Assembly (NCBI GenBank): GCA_000934665.2
Contig: KZ538570.1
Coordinates: 1 to 61,431, forward strand
Direction of reading: 5' to 3'
Length of the DNA stretch: 61,431 bases
Source: Catajapyx aquilonaris
Lineage: Eukaryota
Part shown: positions 11,713 to 23,844 of the stretch, piece by piece
How positions within the stretch are numbered: position 1 is the stretch's first letter
Layout of the letters: each line of letters starts with the position of its first letter
The notes under the pieces: generated by a model
What the model saw: the letters and a program-made list of their open reading frames with translations, nothing else
Told to the model about the DNA's origin: nothing
The model's database searches: none
Position numbers and translations under genes: made by a program

Positions 11713-14142
11713 TGACGTCATGGAATTGAATTCCTTCTGTTGGCACCATTGATATTCAATTTGTAAGGGAACGTAATTTGAAAATTGTACGGCTGCCCAG
11801 CGATTATTGCCTGCTCATAAAAATTCAGGGTGACCTCCTATGAACTGGTCACGCCACATGTTTATGTGCGCGCATGTGCATTCGGCCGTGAATGTCAAGT
11901 ATACATGAGGACATCCCCTTCTTCATTCCATTGTGTCCCTCCCCCATCCACCCCACTTCCGGCACCCTTAAAAAATATACCTACTTGGCAGGTGTCCCTT
12001 ATACGCACCTGGTGTCGCCAACCTCTGTAATGAAAACCATTGGAGTGTCCGACTTCGGATCAGTGGTCATTGGACACAGGATGGGTGGGTGGGGTGGCAG
12101 GGACAAAAAAAAAAGGAAGGGGGGGGGGGTGTTCATTAGGCCAATTAAGCCCTGGTCCTACCCTGGGGGAAATCAATCACGTTGATTAAGCCTCCTTTTC
12201 TCACTTAGCTCCCAGACCTGTCCTTGTTGCAAGGGACATTACTCCGTAATTATAAATAATTAAAGGCAATTGGCAGCTTCTGAGAAAGAGTAGCACAGCA
12301 GCTAAAACCTACTGATGCAAATAAGCAGCTATTCCAATAAATGTGACTGTGCGTGACATGGGGGGGTTGGGGAGGCACAAAAATTAGAGTGACATTATGA
12401 GCACTGCCTCTGTAATAACAGTTATAACTTGTGGCGTATAATTTGGCACTGCTTTTTTTTAAAACCCACCCAAGGACCTGAGAGGGGGGGGGNACCCCCC
12501 CTCCATTATTTCTTTTTGTTTTAAGTACCCTCTGGAGGCGGATGAGAGAATAATAATAGCAGACAAGTTGGAAGAAAAAAAATAAGAAAAAGTCAGTGGC
12601 GCGGTGAAGCAATCGCTGCTCCGACCCCTTCTTCTCTTCTTTTTTTCATGTAAAAGGATAAAGATCTTGGAGAGGACGCGGCGAAGATTTCCGCCGATTC
12701 TAAGCCATCCGCGCGTAATTATTGAGCCCTGCAAATTTCGGTTTGTTATTGGTCGGTTGTACCACAGTAAAAAAATATTTGATGGCTGGGGGGAAAAAAA
12801 AGTACTGAAATAAGAACGGGGTGATAAAAGTTCGTGTCATACTTGGAATGTAATAGGGTCATTCACACGCTGTTTGTACTCGAACGACCCTGGCAATAAA
12901 TGGTCCGAGATTTCGGCCAAGTAGCACCATATCCCTCACATGGATAGCCACTCTCAGGGTGCGTCTGTATATGAGGTTATACCAAGGAAGATGTTTTCAC
13001 CTCAAAATGTCCACAGAAATTTTCCTCTCTCCAAAAAATTGACCGCATGTCCAGCGAGGGTGGGGGGGAGAGAGTTTAGGTTCTGAAGACACGATGATTG
13101 CCCCTCCTACCCTACTCGACCTGCCTAATTTACCCGATGAATGTAAGGGCTCGGAAGAACAGATTGGGTTGGTCGATGCCAACACAGAAGAGGCCACGTT
13201 GCCTATTTTTTTTTTTTTGAAGAAATCTCGCGGACACTCCCCCACCAGCCCATGTCACTTTGGTACCCACTGATTAGCAGTGCTGCCAACTTCAAGTGTG
13301 TGTGACCTCCTGTTGGCATCTTGATCTCAGAGCTTGGTTTGCTTTGGTGGTCCAGCCTTCCAGCATCCGAGAGCTGCATCTCGCAACGTGGTTCGGCGGT
13401 GGCGGGGGCCTTTGTCTCCCAATTATCGGGCGTCTGGCCCCCCGTAATTGGATTTGGGCGTTGTGTGTCTGCTGGGTCTCGTTGGCCGGACACGGCGCCG
13501 CTCTGTACACGCGGCAATTAATCCCGTAATTGAGGCTGTCTCGGGCTGGAACAGGAGCAAGCAGGAAGGAAGGAAGGAGTCTTCGGTCGATACTAGCGCA
13601 GGAATGTAAGAAACTGAGGGGCCAGCACGGTCCTGAAGAAAAATCGGAAAAAAATTATATATATAAAAAGCACCAAGTGACCTCAGGTCGCGGTCACTAC
13701 CTTGAAGGCTACAAAGCCAAACGTGAGTGATGACCTCTCCGACTTCCTTTTTTTTGTCCCCACCGACCGAAAAGGCAAAAGCCATAACCATTTTGGGAAG
13801 ACATGTCCTCCCCTCAATTTTTGTTGGAGAAGAGAAATGCCCGGGAGGCGCCCTCAACAACGACCACAAATAAATTAGAATCTCATTTTTACCATAGGGG
13901 AGACCGCACCTGATGGTCCTTTTGTCATTTGTATGCGGATCTCGAGTGTCAATCCATCCTTAGGATCTCTCACTTTCAGGGGGATGTGCAAGGAGAGGGA
14001 AAACGTTTGTTAAAACATAGGGACACACATTCGCAAAGCTATTATAAGACATGGATTCTACTAAAAGCAGAATAGTCCGCTAGAATCGCCACACGCAGTT
14101 GAGCACTACAGCAGCGCCTAAGCGGCAACCCCTCTCCCTATA

Positions 14143-14349
14143 CAGGGTGGTCCAAGTTCAAGTGTCGTTTTATAACGGCGATTAATAGAAGCGCTTAACG
14201 ATGACGTAGCAGCGACGTGTAAAATTGCCCACTTCGATTGCGCCGAAGATGCGCCGAAGTGGGACATTTTACGCGTCGCTGCTACGTCATCGCAAAATCA
14301 CTGCTATTAATCGCCGTTATAAAACGACACTTGAACTTGGACCACCCTG
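14143..14349. mobile_element. Young Tc1/mariner-like MITE, almost fully palindromic, TA TSD
   Basis: Perfect 46-bp TIR CAGGGTGGTCCAAGTTCAAGTGTCGTTTTATAACGGCGATTAATAG and its reverse complement, an inner IR CGATGACGTAGCAGCGACG..CCCACTTCG, and TATA on both flanks. Confidence 0.9.
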
Positions 14350-15240
14350 TATACGGGCATTAATTCCGTCGTACTGCTAGCGACATTTTCCGATGAGGCA
14401 GAAGTGCACACTGGAAAATGTCGCTAATGTCCATCGCTGTACGGCACAGAGGTCTGCATAAGGCTGGGATAGGAATGCCAGGGGGCTGCATATAGCATGC
14501 TCCTTTACTATACATATATCCGGTACTATAGCTGGACTGCTGGAGGCTATAGTGCAGTGTCATGTTTTAACGATATTCACATGTCACAATGTGACGGTCC
14601 AGTCCGGCGACCACCATTATTACCCTTCCTATTATTCCAGCTCGCTTATGAAAAGCCGCGGTTATTATGCCCACTCGACAAAATGTCACTTTTATCATCC
14701 CCGAAGTGCGCTCCGGGGAAATACGGGGCTCAAAACATGTCCGGATTTTTTAAAAAGGATAGACGCCTGCCTTCAGGGGGGGTAGAGAACCGGGACTGGA
14801 CGCAAGGGTTTGACACGTGACACACGCACTCGGGAGGCCTCCAGCCATTTTTATATACTATGTATGGAAAAAACGAGTGTGGTCAATTTTGATGAGATGT
14901 TGCATCTTCCGCGCGGGCCCCCCCATTTTCCGGGCATCTCTCCAGCAGCCCGGAGGCTCTCGGCCCCTGAGTGACGGCAGGATTCATGGAACGGCCCCGG
15001 GGCCCATTCCCCCCCCTGCAGGGGCACCCATCACCTTGTCAGGCCAGACACCGCGAGTTATGCTACGGTCCCGGAGACCTACCTCCCAACACGGCCCACG
15101 CCAATTTTTTCCGGACCGCTCTAACCACATTTCGCAACTAGGAGGTTTTTTTGGGGGGAGGGAGAAGTGCTGGGGGGGCAGAGTTACGGATGTTGTCATG
15201 TGCGAGTTGGCAATGAGAGGTGGTCAACTGCTGGGGACGT

Positions 15241-15760
15241 GGTCGAAATCTTCAAAAAATTGTTCAAAAAAAGATGCTCCTGCTGAGATGTGAGATGTAC
15301 AACAGGAATTAGGAAATATTATATGGTTGAACCAACTCCAGGAAACATTTCCCGGCTAGAAAAGAGCATGAAAAATATGCATGTAGTCGAATTCTGCAAA
15401 CATTTTGTTCAAAAGCAATATGCTGCTAGTGAGATGTGGAGTGTACAAAAAATCAGGTAAAATTATCTGGTTGCACCAACTCCAGGAAACATTTTCCGGC
15501 TGGAAAAGAGCCAGAAAATAATTATGCGAAATGTTCGAAAAATTGTTCATAGGAGATGTTAGGTGTACCACATGAATGAGGAAGAATTATCTGGTTGCAC
15601 CAACTCGAGTAAACATTTTTCAGCTGTGGAAAAGAAACAGGAAAATATTTATGTAGTCGAAATATTATAAATATTGTTCCTGCTGGTGAGATATGGTCCC
15701 TGTAAAATTAAGGAAAAAACCTACTCCAGAAAATATTTTTCGGCTGGAAAAGAGCCACAA
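15241..15760 (-). repeat. Degenerate tandem repeat (family C, ~120-145 bp units), opposite orientation to 33720-34830
   Basis: About four copies of TGGTTGCACCAACTCCAGGAAACATTTTCCGGCTGGAAAAG, the reverse complement of the core of the 33720-34830 array. Confidence 0.8.
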
Positions 15761-16194
15761 AATATTAATGATAAAGTCCATTCGGATGCACAAAAACCAG
15801 TTTTGTTGTCCAATAACTTTTGGGCTACCAGAAATTCAATGGAAATTAAGAGCAGACCCTATTTACTTACAACTTATTTAGTGGACGGTCGTTGGGTGAG
15901 AGATGTTGGTCGTCAGAACTGTCCTATTTGGCCTCCCTCCCCATTATCGGAAGGGGCCAGGCCGATTATAATCTGTATCCGAGGATGTAACTCAAAGCGG
16001 GGTTACATTAATGACATCTCCTGGGGTAAAGTAGGAATAACAGAGAGGGGCTGTAACCGTCCGTCTTGTCCCGTTCCGTTCTGTCCCGCCACATTTCAGT
16101 CGGACGGGATTCCTTCCCTCCTTACATCTCAGCGCCTCACTCTACTGCTTCCCCTCACAAATATAAATAAAGTAATAATTACTCCAGGCCGCCA

Positions 16195-16277
16195 CAGGGT
16201 GGTGCATTGCTCCAAGTACAATCTGTATACCTTTTTCTTTCCATGTTCTTGAATCACTTGGTGAGTGCACTACCCTG
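16195..16277. mobile_element. Short mariner-like MITE remnant
   Basis: CAGGGTGGTGCA ... TGCACTACCCTG-TA, the same terminus as 48209-48263. Confidence 0.55.
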
Positions 16278-16721
16278 TATAGTGTAATGGCCGAATCTCA
16301 CTTGGAGGGCCGGAGATGAACAAGGCCCCAGAGTCCACCTCCTGCAGGGGCCGAGGTGAGAGTTGTGCCACCTAAGGGTCACTGGACTTTACCACCCACC
16401 CACCCACTTCAGGCCTCAAACCATCAGGCCTTATGTCAGAGTTGGGGGAGGGAGGGAGAGAGAGAGAGTAAAAAAGAGGACAGGGCGAGTTATGGAACGA
16501 CCTGCTCAGCTGTGAAGGATGAGCCAACTGGCATCATGTCGGGGGTATAGGATGCTGGGGGGGGGGGGGNGGGGGGGGGGGTTTACCACAGATATATACG
16601 AGGACAGCGCAGCACCGTGCGAGACTTACACATATGGACTTCAGGACTTGAGCCTGGTAACTATCGGGGAAAATTTCAGATCCGTACTACCATCAGCACT
16701 CTTGCAAAGTAAGGTTATGGT

Positions 16722-16753
16722 AGGTTTGGTCAGATTAGGTTAGGTTAGGTTAA
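16722..16753 (+). repeat. Interstitial (TTAGG)n-like tract
   Basis: ATTAGGTTAGGTTAGGTTAAG plus degenerate upstream units. TTAGG is the ancestral arthropod telomere motif. Confidence 0.6.
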
Positions 16754-16891
16754 GATATGGCATAGCTATGCTAGACTTCTATGTTTCAACTGTCACAATA
16801 TGGGGCATGTCGTCAGCTGATGTAATTAATGAGGGGTTAGAAATGAGGGGCCCCCAGATTTAGATGAAGCTGCCAGGGCGTGACTATTTGG

Positions 16892-16924
16892 TATAAAAGA
16901 AGGCCTTCCCTTTCCTCCTATTCT
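16892..16924 (+). promoter_or_regulatory. Possible TATA + Inr core promoter
   Basis: TATAAAAG at 16892-16899 and a YYANWYY match CTATTCT with its A at 16920. Downstream are an ATG at 16986 and a weak donor CG/GTGGGT after 17047. Motif-only. Confidence 0.25.
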
Positions 16925-17744
16925 GCTGGTTTCGGGCCATCAATCTCGCCCAAGAGTAGCAAAAGCTTCCATCTTGAGGACGTCCATGACGCCGACGACG
17001 TCCCCCAAGGCCCCCCCTGAAAGTGACGGGGACTCATTCGTCACTCGGTGGGTGCCCTAGATGTCAAGCCCTTATCTCTGTGCTCTGCCTCTATCTTGGC
17101 TGACGACATGTGACGTGACGCCTGCGTGGGAGGGGGGCCTAAATCATTTTACTACCAAATACAGGGTGTTTCATAAACATGCAGGAAACTAGAGGATCAC
17201 ATTATGTGGAGGTGCTATTTGGTCTACAAAGCCTCGCTGCCCACAGATATTGAGAGGATAATTAACTTGAAAATGATGCCATTATAAAAATATACACACG
17301 CGAGCTTTAAAGGAACACTCTTCTGAACTCTTATGTAGAAGTAAAATAATTTCGAGTCTATGTGGAAATTGGTAACCAAATTGTTGGATTTCAAAAAAAT
17401 TGGAGCTGACGCTGACGCTTTGTGGCCCCTTTTTAACAGGTAAATATTGACGCAACAGAGGCGGTTTTTTCCATTATTTTCCGCATTTAGAACTAACATG
17501 CCATGATGTATTGACCATATGTACATGCCTAAATAACGGGAAAATGTATCCGGTTTTGAAGTGAATATTTGGGAAAGGAAACTAGTCAACAATTGCAATT
17601 GGCAGTGCAGTTTTACTTGTAGACAAATGAGAGAATAACGCAAAATGCTTTTAGCCAGTAATTCGTTTGGTCCCATGTAACGCCGTGTTTATGTAGGCCT
17701 ACAGCGTTATGAAAAAGTTACATATCAGTCAACTCTTGCCAAAT

Positions 17745-17900
17745 CTGTTCACGTAGTACCGTGTCAGTCACACAGATGGCGCATCTTCCCACTCTGCACA
17801 CTACTGCCAATCTGAGGGTCGTGTGAGGGATACTTGCTGAGCGTCGATGATGACTCACCCCGGACAAACAGAGTCACATAAGACAATTCTATATGAGAGA
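17745..17900 (+). mobile_element. Dispersed repeat family A, copy 2
   Basis: CTGTTCACGTAGTAC-N14-AGATGGCGCATCTTCCCACTCTGCACACTACTGCCA ... GATGATGACTCACCCCGGACAAACAGAG..ATTCTATA. Confidence 0.75.
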
Positions 17901-18856
17901 CTCAGAAATATTGCGTCTAACTAACCACACGAAATACCCCGAATGAATCGAGTTATCCTTCGACACTAACTGTCCCCCCAGTAATGATAGCCCCTGTGTC
18001 GTTACCTCCTGTCTTCATCAGCGACTATCGAGTGGTCTATCCGCTAGGGATTGGCAGGCAGGCCAGGCAGGCATCAAACCCCGAAATCAATGACTTTTTC
18101 TCTTCCCCCCCACCCACCCCAAACGCGCCATTTCCCCAGGGGGACACTCTCTTGACGCCATAACGAACCCCATGCTGCTGGCCTCTGTTTGGCGGTACAG
18201 AAACCCTTGATGACAGGGGTCAGCCAGTGGTTATATACTTGACCAAGCCCATGTCCAGTTTTTTCTTCAGAAGCACAACCCCTCTTAATGAAGTGCAAGA
18301 TTCTTCCCCCTGGACCTCCAAAAACGAGATGGCGATGAATTTCCTCTCGGTTGGTTACTCCCTTGTAGGACATTAAGGGCCCCCCGGTGGATCAATCGTC
18401 TAATGGCGCTAGGACATCCTCGCGTGCAACATTTGTTGTTTAGGGAAGGGTGGGTCGCGGGATGGGTGGGCTGGGAAGGGAAAGAAGAAAAAAAAATTGT
18501 TCCAAAAGACGACCTTTTTCCCACCGTTACACGCAGGGATGCTGCTACTGTCTTCTCCGGATGTCTGAATTCACGTTCATGCACGCTGAGACGCCAAAAA
18601 CGCGCTCAATGTCACAAGAAAGGTGTTATCCTGCACGTTATGCAACAATCAGCACTCGAGCAAGATGGAAACAAGGCACTGATGACACTCCTACCCTAGC
18701 CTTATGCGGACCCCCGTGGGCTTAGTTCTTCCCACGTGTACACTAAGGAGTGGGGTTGCCGCTTTGCGCTGGTGTAGTTAATAGTGTTGCGATCCTGGTG
18801 ACGGACGAAGCCTCTAAAACCGCCAATTCAAACTTGAATTGTCGGCGAAAGAAGCT

Positions 18857-18921
18857 ATGTATTGGTCGCTCTTTTACCTCCAACGGCTCGTGGCGCCACC
18901 AGTACGACACCATTAATGCCC
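18857..18921 (+). mobile_element. Half copy of the MITE at 61119-61248
   Basis: TCGCTCTTTT..GGCTCGTGGCGCCACCAGTACGACACCATTAATG matches the TIR of the 61119-61248 element. Confidence 0.75.
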
Positions 18922-19535
18922 AGTACTGTACAGCAATTTAGGAAAAAAAATTACCTGAATCCCAAACGATCCTTTCCCATCTATAGTTCTCTCCCCTTCT
19001 CTGCTGGTATCCTCCTCTTGCACAGAGCCGAATCAATAGGCGTCCCCAGCGTCGAAACCGACAGTGCTTAACGCCTTGTCGAGGAGTCGGGAGCCATCAA
19101 CGACGCCCCCGACGCCCCCGACGCTCGTTTTTCCCTCTTCGTTGGGGGAGATTGGAGCCGATCTAGGGTGGATCAAAAGGAAATGGGTGTTTCTTATAAG
19201 CTCGTCAAGAAGAAGCAAAAAATATAAGAAATACGTGTATACGACTTTCCCACATTGCACCGAGGCTTACCTAGGATTAACCGGTTGCACAATCGCAAAT
19301 TAAGTGTACAAATCTCCAATTATCTCAATCTGTAATCTGGAAAAACTGAAACATTATTTTCTTCTGTTTTCTCTTACAAGTAATGTGTTTATATGTCAAG
19401 AATTGACAATTTTTGATTTTGATTGTTTGTTTATTGATTGATTGTCTATTGCCCAGTGAGCTAGAGTGAAATTTTTCATTTCTGCACACTTTGTGACTTA
19501 ATATTAATGGCAAATTTTCTCCGCTTCTTTTCCAG

Positions 19536-19574
19536 CCCTGAAATGACTGTTTTTTGGTCCGGTTCGTGCCCATG
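19536..19574 (+). other. Candidate 39-nt spliced micro-exon (UTR or coding, phase 2-2)
   Basis: Strong acceptor ATTTTCTCCGCTTCTTTTCCAG and donor ATG/GTGAGT, with TAAT branch-like motifs ~30 nt upstream. Only one frame is open (PEMTVFWSGSCP). Confidence 0.35.
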
Positions 19575-22420
19575 GTGAGTACTCAATTTGCGTCCCATTA
19601 ATGTAAATGTCATTTCCCTTCTCTTTTTGCACGTGCTGTGTATTTCATTTTTACGGGCCACGGTGTTGATGTGCTACCAACGAGTCTCAGAGACTTGTTT
19701 TAAGAGTCTCCCTCATTCGAAATGATGACATTATTCGACCCCCACCTACCTCCTCTCTCATTAACTGGGCGTCCCTAAACAGCACTCTGGGCCTAAAAGT
19801 GACGACTTTTCCTTTTGCGGTGGCAGCAAACACCCGGGCAACTTCCGGAGAAAGAAAGAAAGAAAAAAAAACACGCACTTCTAGAAGTACACGTCGTGTT
19901 CAGGTATACCCTGGAGGAAAGTTTTGTCTGTCCACTTTGCAGCCTCTTCAGGAGAATGTCTCGTCCCACAGCCCGCATATACAGGGTGAATCGGAATTTC
20001 TGGACAGATTGGCCAAATCTTAAGATATTTTCAGTGTAGCCAATTGCCGATGGATGACACGATTTTATGACTCACTCTGTGGTGTGCAGAATCACTTGCT
20101 GATTGTTCCTGAATGAAAATAGGTCGCTAGGGTGGACAATCAGCAACTTTAGGCAGTGACACACCCTGTGCTTTCTTCCTTCCTGGTGCGGAACTCACCC
20201 TCTTTCTCTCTCTCGGCTCACTCACTCACGCCATTCGGTATTCAAAACGCAGGAGCCATTTCAGCAGAAAATGACAGTTTCTCCTCTTCTTTCGCCTTTT
20301 CGGGAACGGGCTCTTGGGGAAGGAGGGAGGGATAAAGATACTAGAAAGAAAGAAAAAAGAGGGAGGGGAAAGATCTCAAAGGAGCAACAAGACTCTGGGT
20401 CTTACTTCTCATTTGCAACTCAGTTTTAGCCAGTAGCTCTGATTCCCCAGCAGGAAACATTCCCTGAACCGCTCGTTAAAAGAGTGTCCTGCTAGCTTTT
20501 ATGCCGGTGGTATTCAAGTTTTATCTGCGTTTAGAGACCCAGGGATGGGACCGTGAATTATTAAGCCCAAATCACAGCTTGGCACCGACACTTAACCTGC
20601 ATGCGCGGAAATATATATTTTTGCGAACTTCTCTCGCCAAGCTACTCTAGATGTATTGGGTATCCGAATGAGATGGGGCTAATTTGGACAAGAGCTATCT
20701 GGAGGACACGAGAGGCTCCCCCAGAAAAAGGCGGCGCCCTCTTTGTTTCATTTGCCTGCAAACGGCCCAGGGCCGCCCTTAGTATTTTACTAAGAGAGCA
20801 TTTCAATTCCTACCCAAAGCCCAGATGAAACCGACGGGAAAAAAAAGCTGCGGAGATGTCCCCTCAAAAGACCCAGCACTTTATTTACTGGAGGGAATAA
20901 AAAAAAAGAGTTGCCTCGCTTATATGTATAAAAAGAAGGGTGGGTGGTATGGTATAGTGAAGACCCTTAGCGTTCCGCCGTCTGGAGCTTCCATTAGGCT
21001 AATACGAGAGGGCGGGACCCGGGCCCCCGAGATCTATGGTAGTAGGAGGGGGGGTATTGCCCCCCCCCCCCCTCTCTTTTTCCATTTGGAACCGGGGGCG
21101 GGGCAGGGGCAGTTTTGGAGGGAGTAAGGGCACACTGCATCTGGCCAGAGTGAAATGGACCATTAAATCTGGGAACACTGCGGGAAGGAGCAAGGGGGCC
21201 AATCGGGACTGAAAGGGACTCCAGGGAGGCCAAGGAGAGAAGAAAAAGGGCAGGGATGCATTTGCAAAAATCCTTCTTTTTTTGCAAGCCGAAAGCCACA
21301 TGGATGCAAAAAAAGGTAGTTACTCCGAGCATTGGATGCTGTGACACTTTATGTCCACTGAAGATGAGTTTGGGCAGAACAGTATAATATGCAAGGGTGA
21401 GCAATTAAGCTTTCCCACCCTGAGCAAAAATCCCGTGGGATGGACGTGGGTTTTGGGGCCAACCGTTGCATCATCAAGCTGCGGTGGGTCCCCTGGGGGC
21501 CCCTCACCTGACAGGGGCCCCGGGGCCAAACTAGAGCAGGGAAAGGAAGAGGATGATCAGTGGTCAGTGTTTGGGATCCGGAGGGAAAGTGGCTCCCGGG
21601 TTTTTGCGCTGTTTTAAAATATTTGTAAAAAAAAAAATGTTTAGACAGGGCAGGGTTTAGGCGCAGTTAGGGGCTGTCTGTTGTGCATGACATCATCCGT
21701 TATGAAACCCTGGGCTTGCACACCGGTCAGATGCAGCAAACGCATTACGTGTTGATAGTTGTTGTTGAGGCCGAGGGGCAGCAGCCAATCTCGTTCCCAT
21801 CATCGGGACGTCCACTCCGCAGCATCCCCCCTCTCTCTAATGTGTCGTATAACGCTAATGATTCCTTGGCCCAAATCGCACCACGCATTTCACCCCCGAT
21901 TAAGCCTCCAGCACCACTGAATTTTCATTTTTGGCGCCCCCTAACTTTAGCGATCATCCCACATTTTGGCCGGAACTTTGATGCGATGAGGTAAAAAAGT
22001 CACACGATCCATTGACCCATGAGACGTTGTCTTGAGGGTTTGTAGCCAAACTGTGGTTGAGAGAGCTAAAATAAAAAAAAAGAGGAGGCTAAAAAGCCAA
22101 GCGCACATGAGAGAGTGGTTTGTCATTCCCTGGAGGCCTCCCCCGCAAAACCTGCTGGACGTTGGCAAGACGGATTGCTGGTGAGACGTCCTGGAAAAAG
22201 GAGGAGGGGGAGTCCCGGGAGGGCCGGAGATAAACGGGAAGGACTCCTCCGACCTTCCCACTATCTCCCCCAGGACTCCATCCAGACTCCACTTTTCTCC
22301 TGGTCTGACTCCACAGTCAGCAAGGGAACGAAGGAAGGCCCCCTTATTCCGCAACTCACATATAACCCGCATTACTAACATTTCATTTATTCATTTAAAT
22401 GACACATGGCGTATTGGATT

Positions 22421-22860
22421 AATGGAGGTCCTATATAGACTTGGTCTGGTGGGGGTATTTTGTACACAAATAAGTCAACCCATACATGTAAACAAGCATT
22501 CCACCACTTTTCATCTCCAAAATGTCATTCCTCGATAAATTATCGCGTGTTCAAATTGGCGGGACAAAAGGGGGTGTGGCGTAAAAGGCACGTTCCGATT
22601 CCTGCCGTTGTTAGGCGCGCCAGCGAAGCCAACAAACATAGCAGTCCGGGTGCGTTCCTGCCTCTGCACCGATCTGTTTGGCAATAGTGACGTCAGAGGG
22701 CAAAACGATACCATATTATGATATTAGATCAGACCACAGCTTATCACCCGTCTGCTAATGGTTTGGTAGAGAGATATAACCAGACTTTGGTTAACATGCT
22801 ATCCCATTATGTTAGAGCTAGATCATAGCTCGAAAACTGATACATATTTCTTGAAACAAA
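22421..22860 (-). mobile_element. Dispersed repeat family B, copy 2
   Basis: Reverse-complement homology to 11301-11712 over ~400 bp, with indels. Confidence 0.8.
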
Positions 22861-23750
22861 AAAACACCAAAATTCATTTAAAACATGTCGGCTATGACCC
22901 CATTACAATGATTTCGGCATACAAAATGTTGCTCGAGTCACACTGATTGGACCTGTTTTGTTCGCTGTTCGGATGCAGCTTCTGGTCCATTCAAAAATGC
23001 TAAAGTCCAGTCCGTGTAAACCTGTCAGTGGTGGCCACAAAAGTCGTCATTACGAGGCCACAAATGTCCCATTTCTTTTCCCTCCCAGAAAATCAAAGAG
23101 AGAATCAAGTGGTGGTGGGGAAGATATAAAAAAAGGGGGCACAAAAAAAAAACACTTGTGGTGTCCCCTCCTCGCACGCCACTTGTCCCGTGTCACTTGT
23201 CCTTTTTTTCTCTCTCTCTCTCTCCCCTCCTCCTACTCCTCTCCACTCGAGTAGGTTGACAGGCCATCTCACACTAGTCTCTTTTAACGTCGCCTTGGTG
23301 ACCGCCTTTTCCCCGCTGCCGAACAAGTGTTCTTTCTGTCCCCAGGGCGGGCCAATTGCCGCCCCTAAAGAAGAGGGGGGCACAAAAAAGGCACAAAAAA
23401 ATCAATGTCACCCCCCATGAGTCGAGATGGGGAAAGGAAGGAAGGAGAAGTCCTCTGGCAGTTTTCTTCCTTCTTTTTCTCCCCTTCCACCTCCACTCCA
23501 GCCTTTTATTCGGTTGTCAAGGCTCAGAGGTGACACCTGTGGATTCCGCCCCCGGAAGAGTCCGGATCTGATACTTCACAAAAAATATTTATATATAGAA
23601 AAAAGATGGGGGGTTGAGATGACAGTAAGAACGGATTTTTTTAAAAAAGACACACGAGCCATGATTTTTTTGGGCTGATTGATTGAACTAAACGATCCTG
23701 AACATTGAGCATCATCTGAACAAATGAGTAGGTCATTATCAAAATCAGGT

Positions 23751-23844
23751 TATGAATCCGCTTCAGAAAACAGGGAATTCAGATTTAGCTAGTATTTTTA
23801 CTAAAAATAAATCTGAATTTCCTGTTTTCTGAAGCGGATTCATA
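23751..23844. repeat. 94-bp fold-back (37-bp arms, one mismatch); mini-MITE or hairpin RNA candidate
   Basis: TATGAATCCGCTTCAGAAAACAGGGAATTCAGATTTA / TAAATCTGAATTTCCTGTTTTCTGAAGCGGATTCATA with a 20-nt loop. Confidence 0.85.

Noticed and set aside
13687..13722. 36-nt + strand exon candidate ending C/GTGAGT
   Set aside because: The acceptor lacks a polypyrimidine tract.
16722..16753. True telomere
   Set aside because: Only about three perfect TTAGG units, internal and flanked by ordinary sequence.
20228..20340. Minus-strand exon candidate (pyrimidine-tract TAG acceptor, GTGAGT donors)
   Set aside because: The signals derive from simple repeats (GAAA, CTCA), there is no codon bias, and no partner exons on that strand.
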